59,448 bases of DNA, filler included, from Dugesia japonica (GCA_001938525.1; 6 parts of 6 records of this genome joined end to end with filler, not necessarily neighbours in it), one strand, 5' to 3'; counted from the first letter of the whole stretch, positions 13,561 to 26,584 are shown. Notes: generated by a model from the letters alone, not told the origin. A program made the numbers and translations.

Positions 13561-13908
13561 TCACCAGATGCATTTTTAGAGGGTTAATTTAAGTTGTAAA
13601 ACTCTGTCACATATTAACTATCTGTCATAAATTGTTGAAGTCCTATTAGTTTTTATCCCGATTAAAATCGATCTTTACTGTTTGGCATGGAAGTTGAATA
13701 ATCCCATGTGGGGTCTTCTGAGATCTACGTTAATATAAATTGACATGTTTATCATGGTGAATATGCTGTTCTCTTTATCGTGTTAGCAATAATTTCTTAT
13801 TTGAGTTATAACTCTTATAATAATATTATAATGCTTATAATATTCAGGAAACTCTTGATACTCGAATAAGTTTTTATAACCGAAAAGGATAACAGTTGTT
13901 TCTTATAT

Positions 13909-14044
13909 TTAAGTGGGTAAGCATATTACCTGCAAGTATAGGTTACGCCACCACTGGGTTAATGCATTTCTAAAATTAAGTGGGTAAGCATATTACCTGC
14001 AAGTATAGGTTACGCCACCACTGGGTTAATGCATTTCTAAAATT
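13909..14044. repeat. Perfect 67-bp tandem duplication
   Basis: TTAAGTGGGTAAGCATATTACCTGCAAGTATAGGTTACGCCACCACTGGGTTAATGCATTTCTAAAA x2, period 67. Confidence 0.95.
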
Positions 14045-14199
14045 TTCATATTATTATTTTTTATAAATTTCTAGTAGTAGAATATTTTAATAAAAATATT
14101 TTATTTACAAATTATAAAAAATATTTACTTGCATATTATAATTTTTTTAAAATTAAATATTACACTAAATTTTGAAATTTTTAATTAGTAATTTTTCCA

Positions 14200-14780
14200 T
14201 AACAATCATGGTGGAAAAGAATTTTGTTCTTTTTTTCGCAGTCTATTAACTTGAATTACAGCAGGGAAGTAATCAAATTTAGCCAGATAAATGACGCTGA
14301 TGTTGAATTGCTTTTTGCTGTTTTTTGTCTGGAATTTATCAACGTTGCCACTCATCACTGTCATACCACCAAAAGCACATGACATTTGAGAATGTCATCC
14401 AGCGGATGATTCTGACTCTATCAAACTATTATACATTATTTTTTTCTTCTTGCAGTGGATATTTTTTCTATCTCTTTTGGCATTTGACCTGCAGTTACAC
14501 AAGTTTTCCTTTGAGGTTCTTAAACAATAGCCAAAAAACCTTTACTGTGACGAGTTTAAAAATGACCCACAATAAAAATCTTACCTAGCATTCTAATTGT
14601 CAAGCTTTCGTCCTCTTTAATGACAGCATATGTTTGATCATCATCATATTCCTTCATCGTCTATCAGGGTTGAACAGTACGATTTGATCGTTTTGAACCA
14701 TTTTCACCCTGTTTTTGACTAAATGTTCTTTCAAATCATGGATTGTACCGCTATCAGTTCTTTCTCGAAAAAGCATAGCA
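14200..14780 (-). pseudogene. Possible highly decayed piggyBac-type transposase
   Basis: Weak motifs in the expected order: DSGTIHDL, KGFLAI, IIRW, MSGNVDK (cf. MGGVD), and a C-terminal C/H-containing tail. Confidence 0.3.
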
Positions 14781-15012
14781 TAATGTGTCAAAAATAAATA
14801 TGCTTTTATTACGTATTTTTTAAACTAAAAAAAAGATTATTTTTATAAGATTAATTATGGAGTGGTTATCAATTTTAATAAATTTCTTAAAACATGTTTC
14901 AATTATGTGACCAATCTAGTTCTATTTAAATGAAAGCATTTAAAATTTTATAATTAATAAATAAACCTTATTAATGAATTAAATAAAACAATTACTTTTT
15001 AAAAAACAATTA

Positions 15013-15218
15013 CCGTATTTTCCGCAAGATACAGCACACCAGTAGATAACGCGCATCTTAATAATTTTATCGAATTTATAAAATAAACACTTCGCTTTTA
15101 ATAAACGTTCACTTTTAAATACAATTTTTCTCTCTGCGTATAACGCGCATAGTCACATCTGCTTGATTTTTATATTTTTTGTATATATAACACGCGGGGT
15201 ATCTGGTGGAAAATACGG
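15013..15218. mobile_element. MITE with CCGTATTTTCC TIRs and TA target duplication (Tc2/pogo-like)
   Basis: TA|CCGTATTTTCCgcaAGATAC ... GTATCTggtGGAAAATACGG|TA. Confidence 0.85.
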
Positions 15219-16157
15219 TAAATATATTACTAAATTAAATATTAAATTAATTAAATGAATGAATTTTAAAAATAAAATTTTTATTAGTATTTTCCATTCA
15301 TATTTAGTTGGAGTTTCAGTGGTCTATAAAAAATTATTTAATGATACTTATACTTGTCAAAGTGAACTGGCTAATTATCAAGTAGAATATTATTGCATTT
15401 TTGAAAAGAAATGGTATAAATTAGGTTATTCACGGGCTCCATTTGGTTTTAACCAGTTATATTATTATATTTACAAAAACACCATTATATTTGAAAATAC
15501 AATTACATTTCATTATCCTTTTTTAGATATTGCAATAGAATGTTGTTGCAACATTGATCTTCATTTAATGGTAGTGGGAAAGAGACTTTTTCAGTTAGAA
15601 TTGAAAAGTAGAATTTATTTGAAATTTATTAAATCTCATAATTATTTTTTATGATTTAATAAAATTGCTCATACTTAAATTAAACTTGTTCAAAGGAATC
15701 TTAACTAAATTTAGCAACTTTTATTATAACAGTACATTGGTAAGATAATAATATTATTCTTTCTAGATGAAAGTTATAATTACTATTTGATTCACAATTG
15801 GAACACCTTTATTTCTTTCTGTGATTTTGTAAATGTTTTACTTAACCTCAGTAGTTTATATTCATATTGTAATGAATTTAAATAATCAAAACAATACGTT
15901 TTTTTTATCAAGTGAATTTCATAATATTTTATTTGTGAATAAATTATATATTCTACAGAAGGATGGATCCACAAAAGAGGCGATGGAAGCGATCGCCCGC
16001 ACCATAACCGGATTTCGAAAAGGTTTTATAATGATAAGTAGCTACTATTCACCTGAATATTAGGATAGTAGTATGAGAAAGTAAAAAAGAAATAATTAAA
16101 AAGAATTTTATATCAAAAAGTCGGAATAAATAAGATAAAAAGAATTGTAGATTAAAA

Positions 16158-16259
16158 ATATAGATAGATAGTGGCGCACTAAACCACATCCTCGGATTAC
16201 AAAGTGGTTTAGAAATTCAGTTTGGAATTTTGGTTTAGTAATTTAGTATCTATCTATAT
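16158..16259. mobile_element. 102-bp mini element with Polinton-like terminal inverted repeats
   Basis: Left ATATAGATAGATAGTGGCGCACTAAACCA vs reverse complement of right ATATAGATAGATACTAAATTACTAAACCA. The left end matches the Polinton terminus consensus seen elsewhere in the window. Confidence 0.55.
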
Positions 16260-16775
16260 AATACTATACAATAATAAATACTAAAAATATTAAATTAAAT
16301 AAATTTTATAAAAAATTAACCTTTTATAGAAATTCTACTTGTTTTTTTTATTGCTATTTTTATTTCTTTCCTCGGGAATTCGTTTTGGCGATTTTTACTC
16401 TTTTTTTCTTACTCCGCACAAAATTTTCTATTGAATAGATGGGTTGATGATAAAATTTGAAATACTTTTTATTTATGGAAAAACCTATGTAAAATATTGA
16501 AAAAACCAAATTCATAACAGATTGGTATAAACGGATTTGAAATCTGAGCAGAAAAGTTATTTTTGAAAAATTTGGATTGTTCACCCGGATTCCCATGAAA
16601 ATTTTAATTGTTTATAAACAAATTTTGTTTNNNNNNNNNNNNNNNNNNNNNNNNNNNNNNNNNNNNNNNNNNNNNNNNNNNNNNNNNNNNNNNNNNNNNN
16701 NNNNNNNNNNNNNNNNNNNNNNNNNNNNNNNNNNNNNNNNNNNNNNNNNNNNNNNNNNNNNNNNNNNNNNNNNNN

Positions 16776-16838
16776 AATTCTATAAAACGATCAATGGTTA
16801 AGTCCAACAATTATTCTCGTAATAATTGCAATTGTAAA
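16776..16838 (-). repeat. Right copy of the 63-bp inverted repeat pair (partner at 9268-9330)
   Basis: Reverse-complement match. The inner side runs into an N gap. Confidence 0.8.
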
Positions 16839-16917
16839 AAATTTTGTTTACTGTGAAACTTACTTTTTTGGTAATTATTCACTTTTTTTAAATTTTTAAC
16901 CAATAATATCTGAATGA

Positions 16918-17217
16918 AAAAATTAAATATTTTCAAAATTAAGAAAATAAACTAAGAAAATAAAATCTTTTTTAAAAATTTTATCAAAGTTAAAAATTTC
17001 AAAAATTTAACTTACTTCCTCAAATGATCGAGTTTATCTTCTTCGAGAGTTGAGATTGATTTATTTAATTTATTTCATAGCAACTCTTGAAGATAAAATC
17101 GAAAAATTGAGTCGAAGAAAATTAAATTTTTGAAAATTTTAACCCTATATAAAATTTAAAAACATTTTTGGTCTAATTCTTAGTTAAATTTCTGCATTTT
17201 AAAAATATTTAATTTTA
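16918..17217. repeat. ~300-bp imperfect palindrome (foldback/MITE-like)
   Basis: Arms AAATTAAATATTTT...AACTAAGAA...GTTAAAAATTTCAAAAATTTAA...TTTATCTTC..GAGAGTTG pair with CAACTCTTGAAGATAAA...TTAAATTTTTGAAAATTTTAAC...TTCTTAGTT...AAAATATTTAATTT. Confidence 0.75.
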
Positions 17218-17949
17218 TTTTTTAAAAAAGTTAAAATTTAAACATTATGGAAATTTTTTACTGGATTTCCGTGAAAATAAATTAAAAATTAATTTTAGTA
17301 AATGTAAACAAAACATCATTAATTTCACTTTATTTAAACTAAATGTTTAATTCCCGGTTAAGTGCATAATAAATGACGTAATTTTTTTAAATCGCCCCCA
17401 CATGAAAAATTCCTGAATCCGTCACTGATTATACGTAGTACAATTTTAAAATATCTACAGTGAACTCTGATTAAAGAGAAAACTTGTGGAATCGGCGCTA
17501 TTTGTTCTTTACAATTGAAATTTATCTTTAAACAGAGCATTTTGAGCATGACATTTTCAACTTCCAGAAAACAGGAATGAAAAGAATTATTTGTAAGCGT
17601 GTTTTTTCTCTTTAAAAATATTGCATTTAAATAATTTCTTTATCGAATTACTTTGAAAGTTTCAGTATGATCAGAATTGGTTCAAAAAAAATAAAGAACC
17701 AAAGACAAAGCAGAACCACGAAATTTACAAAGTTGAAGCTTACGATTTTTTTATTTTTGACGCGACATCATGTGACGTAGTGCATGAAGAATCGGGAGAA
17801 AATCAAAACAATAAATCAACAAAGACTTAAAATGTAAACATTTTCTCATCATGTTGTAATGGTTAATTTTCTTTGTTGATATCATATAATACACAAATTA
17901 ATTTAAAGATCAGTAACAAAATATATTGTTTGAAAAAATATTGGTCAAT

Positions 17950-18275
17950 AGTAGGTAGATAGTGTCGCACTGGATCAACCCCCTAGACAAAGAACTTTTA
18001 CAACAAAGACAATAGTTCATCGTTTTATAAGGAACAAATCTTTGTTGATCGTCGATTACCTAGCTTTATTTTGGTTACTTTTCAAAGTGGAGAACAATAT
18101 AATGGTAGTTATAAAAGTTCAAGTTCAACATGTCAAAATCTAGATGCTGTGTCTGTTTCCTTGACGAAAAACACTGATTATCGAGAAATATATACTCACG
18201 ATTTTACAAACAATAATTATGCCACAACATATATGCAATCTATAGTATGAAATATGGGATATTTGGATAAGAATA
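17950..18275 (+). mobile_element. Polinton remnant: terminus (17950-17970) followed by a major capsid protein fragment (18013-18275)
   Basis: AGTAGGTAGATAGTGTCGCAC terminus. Translation FYKEQIFVDRRLPSFILVTFQSGEQYNGSYK...DFTNNNYATTYMQS matches the MCP C-terminal jelly roll and is homologous to 37500-37710. Confidence 0.7.
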
Positions 18276-18375
18276 NNNNNNNNNNNNNNNNNNNNNNNNN
18301 NNNNNNNNNNNNNNNNNNNTTAATTAATTAANNNNNNNNNNNNNNNNNNNNNNNNNNNNNNNNNNNNNNNNNNNN
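18276..18375. other. Artificial contig-joining spacer
   Basis: 44N-TTAATTAATTAA-44N. Confidence 0.97.
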
Positions 18376-19830
18376 AATTCTTGTACAGAGATGACGGGAA
18401 GTCTCTCCAATGTATGTGGCATTATAACGAGATTCACAAAAACTGCTAGAAGATGTATACAAACATGTGTCTGTTGGTTTGTGATAAATCTTTGTTTCAT
18501 AATGTTTGGACTTTCTCTCTATTAATAAGTCAAAGAAAGAAAGTTTAGATTTACATCCCATTAAAAATCAGAAATATATCATCCACATAGCGTTTATACA
18601 CTAGCAGTTTATTTCCAATAAATGTTCCATTAGATGAAACTATTAATCTTTGTTGTGAATTATGCGAGAAAATTTTATCTGAGCATAAGTTGTTAGGTGT
18701 GACTGCCTTTAAGGAACTTTTGACCTTTGCTACATCTAATATACATTTTTGTTTAATGATGAATGGTACAAACAAGTTGATGGAGTTGNNNTGGGTTCAC
18801 CTCTTGCTCCTACTTTAGCTTCTTTGTTTTTGGCCAATATTGAGGAAAGGATTGATTTGTTTATTGAAAATAAGCCGTTAATGTAATAACGCTATGTGGA
18901 TGATATATTTCTGATTTTAAATAACCAAGTAGATATTGACCCATTCCTAAACTATATGAATNNNNNNNNNNNNNNNNNNNNNNNNNNNNNNNNNNNNNNN
19001 NNNNNNNNNNNNNNNNNNNNNNNNNNNNNNNNNNNNNNNNNNNNNNNNNNNNNNNNNNNNNNNNNNNNNNNNNNNNNNNNNNNNNNNNNNNNNNNNNNNN
19101 NNNNNNNNNNNNNNNNNNNNNNNNNNNNNNNNNNNNNNNNNNNNNNNNNNNNNNNNNNNNNNNNNNNNNNCATATTTGAAGTCTTGTGCTAATATTCAGA
19201 GTTTAACTTCTTTACTAAATAAAAATGGCTATTGTAAATCAATTTTCGAGAAATTAAATCGTGAAGCAGTTTATAAAATTGTTAATAAAAATAAAAGTAA
19301 GATTAAGGATGTCAATAATAATGATAACAATAATTTAAATTGTGAATATATTATCAAAGACCCAAATAAGATATGTACGTTTAATTACGTATTAACTATT
19401 CCATATTCAGAAGGATTTAAAGAATTTAAAATTGAATTATTAAAATATAGAAATGACTCTTGGAATTTTAAAATTGTTTCGCAATCTTATAAAATCATAA
19501 ATATGTTTATTAATAAATCTAAAACACCAATTCAATAGTGTTCTGATCTTGTTTATAAATATGAATGTAATGGGTTTAATGCCACATACATTGGAGAGAC
19601 TTCCCGTCATCNNNNNNNNNNNNNNNNNNNNNNNNNNNNNNNNNNNNNNNNNNNNNNNNNNNNNNNNNNNNNNNNNNNNNNNNNNNNNNNNNNNNNNNNN
19701 NNNNNNNNNNNNNAAAACTTTAAAGATTATTGGGAGAGAGTCATGTGTGAAGCATTGATGATTAGATCAATTAATCCAAAAATTAATATTCAAACTGGTC
19801 TTTCTAAATCTTTATTGAATGTTTTTAATT
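18376..19830 (+). mobile_element. Penelope-like retroelement (RT + GIY-YIG endonuclease) with an inverted, internally deleted copy at 18376-18604
   Basis: NVPLDETI...WYKQVDGV..GSPLAPTLASLFL...RYVDDIFLI...KNGY...IPYSEG...VYKYEC..NATYIGETSRH...EALMIRSINPKIN. The minus-strand copy reads RYVDDIFLI..FFDLLI..IYHKPT..YIGETSRHL. Confidence 0.92.
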
Positions 19831-19849
19831 AATTTGATTCATTAGAGAG

Positions 19850-22150
19850 ATTGGTCTCAGTCAAGATGACGAAGATTGGATGCACACAACGAAAGATTTT
19901 GCGGTATTTCAATCAAATGAAATTTGCTTTCGCGTTTAATTTGCTCCTAAGATGTATTGCGAAACAGTTATGGGAAGAATTTACTTGTTCAAATGATTCT
20001 GTTACTAACGAGGAGGTCGAAAAATGGTTTATGGAAACCTTTACAAAAATAAAATCGATTTATGATTAAGAAAAGGAATTGGCTTCAATAAAACAGAGAA
20101 TAGACGAGAAGTACAGAAACTTGGAGATTCGAGTGAAAAAAAATGGTTACAGATGTGTTTCAAAAGGAATTAACAATTAAAGAAATTGCAAGAGCATTTA
20201 TTCTGCAAGGATTACAGAGTGAGAAACTGCTTTAGATCCATCAAGGTCTGACGAAAGATGAAGAGAATATGCAATGAATTTAGAAAAATTGGTTCCGCAT
20301 CGAGAAGTTCATGTCATGAAGCCAACATATTTGCAACCTCGGTAATTATAACCAACGTTCAGATTAGAAGACAAATTTTGAGCACCAAAGGAATTCAGTA
20401 AATTTTACATCTTCAGAAAATAGAAATCAATCTGAAAAATCNNNNNNNNNNNNNNNNNNNNNNNNNNNNNNNNNNNNNNNNNNNNNNNNNNGGAATTTTT
20501 CTCATCAAGCTATTAGACCGCAAAGATCGATGAAGATGATTGCAATGAAATTCTACAATCAGTGCGGGGGTAAAGCATATCCACGTGATGAAATCTTACA
20601 ACAATGTGCATGCTTTTGTTGTGGTAATATGAGTCATAGACGAAATGAATGTCCACTTAAGAATAAATGCTTAATTTGTGGTAAAAATGGTCATTATTTC
20701 AAAGACTGTCATTTGGTTACCAACGGTCATCAACATGGAAAAATATCATGTATTCATGACGAAGAGCAAAAAGCAAACAAGATGAATAATTTACGTGAAA
20801 TTCATGATATTGATGATAGCGAAATGAAAAAAAACTTCTACCAACTCCCTGTAGCTATCTCGTCGGTGGAGTTGAGTCAATAAATTCTATTAATAATAGA
20901 GATAGAAAAGAGGAAGATGAGATGAATGATGAAGAACTTAGAATGTTTCAGAAATTAGAAAGAAGGCAATGGAGTATTATGAATTCTAATGGCTGTGATT
21001 TGAAATGCTGTGGGATTCTGGAGTATGAATAACAGTGATGAGTGAAGAAAATTGGTTCCGAATTGGTGCACCTAGTATGATAAAGTCAGAAGTTAGATTG
21101 TCAGAAGTTTTGTCTTCAAAGCATTATTCATGTCTTGGTAAGATATTTATACAAATTGTATGGAAAAATAAAACTTTGATGAAAGAAATTTTGGTTGTTA
21201 AATGTATTTCTCCTGGTTTCATTGGTGAAATCGATATGATGAAATTATGCGGAGTATTCTTGGCAGAAATAAAGTTGATTGAATCTTCTGAGTTAAAACA
21301 ACAAATACGGATTGTGATCGAGTTAAGACGGCATTAAATTATGTTGCTGACAGATCTCCATTTATTAAAAACCTAATTGAAAAATATGGATCAATTTTTA
21401 TGGCATCAAAATTTGATTTAGGAATCACTACATTGATTAAACATCATGTTAATACTAAAGGACCTCCGATTTCTCAAAATCCAAGAAGACAGTCAATGAA
21501 TTTAGAAGATAAAGTTGATAAATTAATTGAAGATTTGTTAGAGTCAAAAATTATACGATCATGAAAAAGCCCATGAAATTCTCCATTAGTGATAGTACCA
21601 AAGAAAGATGATTCTATCCGAATGTGTTTGGATTTTCGACGGTTGAATGAAGTAANNNNNNNNNNNNNNNNNNNNNNNNNNNNNNNNNNNNNNNNNNNNN
21701 NNNNNNNNNNNNNNNNNNNNNNNNTTTCATCTATAGACTTAGGACAAGCTTATTATCAAGTTGTGTTAGACGAAGATTCACAAATGAAAACAGCTTTTAT
21801 ACTAAAATTGGACAATTCTGCTTTAATCGGTTGCCGTTCGGTTTATGTACAGCACTGGCAACCTTTCAGAGTTTAATGAATTTGGTTTTTAAAGGAATGC
21901 TGTATAAAAGGCGTAATTGTTTATTTAGATGACATTTTAGAATTATGGAAGAACTGTCGGTGAACATAATCAAAGATTAGAAAATGCATTTGAATTAATT
22001 AAAGCATCAAAATTAAAAGTTAATCCATGAAAGTGTGTATTTGGAACTGATAAATTGAATTTTTTAGGGCACACAATTAGTCAAAAAGGAATTCAAACAA
22101 ATGATGATAATATTAAAAAAATTAAGGAAGCACCAATCCCAGGTTGTGTT
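19850..22150 (+). mobile_element. Ty3/Gypsy retrotransposon, degenerate gag-PR-RT, truncated
   Basis: Two CCHC knuckles (CFCCGNMSHRRNEC, CLICGKNGHYFKDC), protease DSG, RT VPKKDDSIRMCLDFRRLN, IDLGQAYYQV, LPFGLCTA, YLDDIL, FLGHTIS. Confidence 0.92.
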
Positions 22151-22155
22151 ACGAA

Positions 22156-23959
22156 TAGAGTTTCAAATCTCAGAATTATCGAAATGAGAATCCCGGTATT
22201 ACCTGGTAAAATTAATAACAAAAATGCAGGTATTTTTAACAAGCAATACCGAAAATACTGGTATTTCTGGTTCCGGTTGTAATAGTGATTCATAGATTAT
22301 ACATATCTGGGAAATTTTTTTTAATTTGGCATATTTTATATTGTATTATATTAAATTTCATTTTTTAAAAGATTTAAATGTTATTTCAAATATTATAGTA
22401 AAAAAAAAATATTACAGATTTTTAAAACAAGAAAACATTTTTTTAACACAAAATGATTTAAAAAATTGCTATTTATTATATTAGGTAAAATTATAAAAGT
22501 ATAAAATTATTTTAAGAAATAAAATTGAAAAATAATTAAAATATATGTAAAGTATATATATTTTTTAAAAATAAAATCGATATTTTAAAAATATTTCATT
22601 GAAAATTAAAATTAATTTTCTCAGATTATTTGTTTAAATACTATGGATTATTCTTCATCTTTTTTTTACTTTAATCAAACACTTGTGATAATAAATAAAA
22701 CTTGTGGAAATTTGTGAAGTTCTGAATTTATTTAATATGGTGACCAATGCATTATTGGATTTGCTAAAGGAAGCATTGCAACCTGTAATTTTAAAAATTG
22801 GCGATAATGTCGAAAAATTTATTCTGAAGACAACGAAATTTTGTGATCTATACGGACTAAAGAAAGACGATTGGAAATCTATGAAAATAAAAACGAAGCA
22901 TTTTGATTCAAAGAAGGATTCAGAAAGGCTTTCTTTAGGCCATCAACAATGATTAAAGATATAGGAGAAGCTTTAAATTATCGAAGGAATGGAGAGCATA
23001 TAAATATCTATAAGAAGAAGATTGAAGGATTGGTAGAAAAGTTAATGGCTCATAAATGAAATAAAAATGACTTAGCATAGGAGCTAATAGTGAATAGTTG
23101 CAATCGCAGAAATATAAAACATAAGATCAAATCGGGGAAAATAGAAAACATAGAAGATGTATTTAAACCAATAAAAGGGTAGGAAGACATAAAAAACACA
23201 GTAAAAACTGAAGAAATAAATGTAGTTTGTAACTACAGAGATGCAGTTTGAACAAGTCCAAAATAAATAAATTTCAACAAGAAGGGAAACAACAGAACAG
23301 ATACAACGAAAGACGGGAAATCAAGTGTTGGACATGTAAAAAATAGGTCATGTAAGCAGAAATTGTCAAGAAAGAAAAAAAGTGCTATGCTTGTATATCT
23401 GAGTAACACTTAAGAAGAGAGTGTACTAAAGTTATTTGTTCAAGATGCAACAAAAATATACACCACATAGTTGACAGTTACACAAATACGAACAGGAAGT
23501 TTAATTATCAGAATAAAAGTGAACATGTCCGAAAAGAATTCGGAAATGGCAAACAAATATATTATTCGAATAATACGAATAATTAATCAAGAAAGAATGG
23601 ATTAACGTGTTTGAGGAAAATGAAAGAGATTGTACATGTAGAGAAGACAAAGGCCTCTATTTAGTAATGAAGGATCAAATATTTACCAAGATTAATACCC
23701 AAATGGCGAAGCGCCGACCGAATTCGAGATTGCCAGAGCGGTAATAATAAATAAAACTTTGGAAATTTGTAAAGTTTTAAATTAAACTAATACCGGTATT
23801 GCATTAATTCCGAAATACCTGTTTAAAAAAAATGCAGGTATTGGTTATTTTATCTTAAGCCAAATTCTTATTACTGAAAATACCGGTATTTCCAGGTCCA
23901 GTATTAGTTAAATTCGGAAAAACCAGATTTTAAAAAAAATAGCGGTATTGGAAACCTTG
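22156..23959. mobile_element. hAT-like non-autonomous element (subterminal AATACCGGTATT-type repeats) interrupted by a retroelement
   Basis: Left TAGAGTTTCAAAT vs reverse complement of right CAAGGTTTCCAAT. Clusters of ATACCGGTATT / AAAAATGCAGGTATT at 22190-22280 and 23790-23950. Confidence 0.5.
22684..23792 (+). mobile_element. Gag-only LTR element with ~54-bp direct terminal repeats
   Basis: 22684-22737 and 23740-23792 are direct repeats (ATAATAAATAAAACTT(G)TGGAAATTTGT.AAGTT.T.AATT...TAATA). A TGGTGACC PBS follows the left repeat. The internal gag carries CWTC..GH...C and further knuckles, and there is no pol. Confidence 0.7.
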
Positions 23960-25483
23960 ATTGTCATACATATGTACTGTTACTTCATAAGAATTTGATG
24001 AGATTTTTGAATATTATAAAAAAAGCTTGGGTAAATAATATCCATTTGTTACATGCTGATGTCACCGTAATTAGGAAATCAGTGTTAATTATATAATTAA
24101 ATAATTTGTTGAAATCTAACAAAAAATCAAAAATTCTTGAATAGTAACAGATTTTCATTTCATGGTTCAATTTTAAAAGAACATTCATAAATAAAATCAA
24201 TTTAATTATAAATTTGTTTTAATATAAAACAACTTACATTTGTAATTGAATTATCCATTTTAATATTAGTTTAAATTGAAAGAAATCGTTAGAATTTTTT
24301 ATATCATCACGTGATTTAATTTTGCTAAGTTACAATTCAAATATTAATTTCAGAAAGTGACCTTATTTGTTAACTCACGTTATAATTTTGAATTCAACAT
24401 TTGATGAATCAGTGTTAATTGCTTATTAATAGATAGTCTGTAGTATAAGAAAATATTATAAAATCAGTAGATTAATTTTTATAAATTTTTAGAAATATTT
24501 TAAAAGTTTTGTTGAAGATGAAATAATTGTGGTAAGATGTGTATGCACCTTGTGAGTACACAGTTAAGTGGCTATTTTAATTCTTCACAAATAATAAAAT
24601 TAAGTTGCTCTTTCCGGGAACTTAAGTATAAACTCTCCTGCTAATATTAATATTAGATGTCTCTAGACAATTGGTTATCCATTTTTTAATTGAAAGAAAT
24701 TTAAAAAATTTTATATCATCACGTGATTTAATATCTAGACAATGTTAAAATTAATATTTTAAATTCTCCTAATAATATAAATATTAGGAATTCCTCCAGA
24801 CAATATTTAATTTGTTAACAGTGATTGCATTTTATTTGCATTGAATTTATAAACATTTCAAGAACATTCTTCTAAAACCTATTGTAATTAAATTAAAAAT
24901 TATTAATGTATTAAATTGCTAAAGAAATTTGTTTAAATTTAGGGTTTATATTTATTTTGTATTTATTTAAGTTTAATAAATTGTTAAAATGGTAATTTAA
25001 TTATTTAATTTCTTCTTTTAATTATTATTTAGAAAAATCAAAAAGCAATGAACGAGATAGAGAATAATTCATGTATGTTGATAATGAAATCCATTAGCAA
25101 TGCATTAACTGTTGTCAAATCAAATCGTCAGGAACGAATCAAACAAAATCCAAAGGAAATGAATGAAGAACTTTTATAACAATTGAACAACAGAGGAATG
25201 ATAGCAACAGATCCATTCAAATATCTGAGGAAAGAATTCAGAAAATTAAACAATTAAAAAGAATAAATTATCCATATTATTATTAATATTGTTATTATTA
25301 TTATTATCATTATTAAATTATCATTATTATTATTACTGAAATCAACCAGAGGCTATTTTTAGCAAGTACGCAATTCATGGTTGAACAGTTAATAAATAAT
25401 GGAATAAGTAAAAGGTTAATTATAATTCATTTATTTAAAACCATTTCAACCGCCATGATTATTTTTTCAGTGGTAATTTTAGA

Positions 25484-26584
25484 GGTAATGTGCACAAGTT
25501 GTTGTAAACCATTGTTAATATCGGATTTTGTTATAAACATTTATACTATTGTCTTTTGGCATTTTATTTTTTTAAAGTTTGTTTAATGTCACAAAATTTT
25601 TGAATTCTGACATTTGCTTTCTATGTTGGTAACATTTTTGCATTATTTGATATTAAATCCTGTGCTATTTTCATTTCAATTGCACCAATACGTTTAAGAA
25701 TGGACAAATTGATACTATACTGATTGATACTATATAGCGCTTATAACATTTATTTATGTAAAACAAAGAGTTCAATAAAGTTTTGAATCTTGAGCAAGAT
25801 TTATTAATTATCCACTGTCATCGCGTATATTGATTTTTATATAGTTTATACATAAATTAGAAACTGTTAGATACATAAATATTAACTTCGCCAACAATTA
25901 TAAATTCAACAATATTACTATAAATAAACATACTATAATAAACATTTAACTCTCCAAAAAATAAATCAATACCCATCACCTTCCCTCATTCACCCTCTTT
26001 ATAACAAACCAACACCTATCCAAATCCAACAAAAATTCACAAAACTATATACTCATCGTACTCCAAATGCGGGATAACCCATCATTCTGATTGGATGCGC
26101 TCACAATTCTGGAAACCCCTGAGATTTTTTCGCCTTTAGTTACCTTTACCAACATATATAAAACTTTCGAGAGCCAGACAAATCCATCATTAAACACTCA
26201 AAAATACACACACATACACACACCTTTTGACTGTTTTTCGTATTTTCAACCCACACTCACATACACTGCAAATTCAAAAACTTTGCACCGAAAAATAGAC
26301 GTGCACTTTACACACACATTATCAAAACCCCCAATACCCTCAATACTCCCCATTACCATAAAAAAAAATTCCGCCAAAAAAAATTTCAAAAAAAATCAAA
26401 CAAAATTTAAATTCCTAGAAAAATCCCCCTTGATTTTTAAACCAATGAAACAATTTTTTTTCAAATTTAATCCGCTCAAAATACTTAAATCAATAAATCC
26501 ACGATAACCAGTAATCACACAGTTGATGTGAGCGTATGAGGTCAGCCCCCCGGTCGTGATCTGGTGTGCTAACATCTATCTACT
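25484..26584 (-). mobile_element. Deleted Polinton remnant: terminus (26564-26584), PW-type fragment (~25610-25706), protease fragment (25484-25538)
   Basis: Reverse-complement terminus AGTAGATAGATGTTAGCACAC. LSILKRIGAIEMKIAQDLISNNAKMLPT matches the 43090 ORF, and VYNKIRY*QWFTTTCAHY matches the protease. Confidence 0.75.

Noticed and set aside
13909-14044. 67-bp perfect duplication as a functional element or piggyBac end
   Set aside because: 100% identity amid decayed DNA suggests an assembly overlap or a trivial recent duplication. The GGG-TTAA end faces away from the putative transposase.
15259-15654. 131-aa ORF as a host gene
   Set aside because: No recognisable domain; composition mirrors the AT-rich background.
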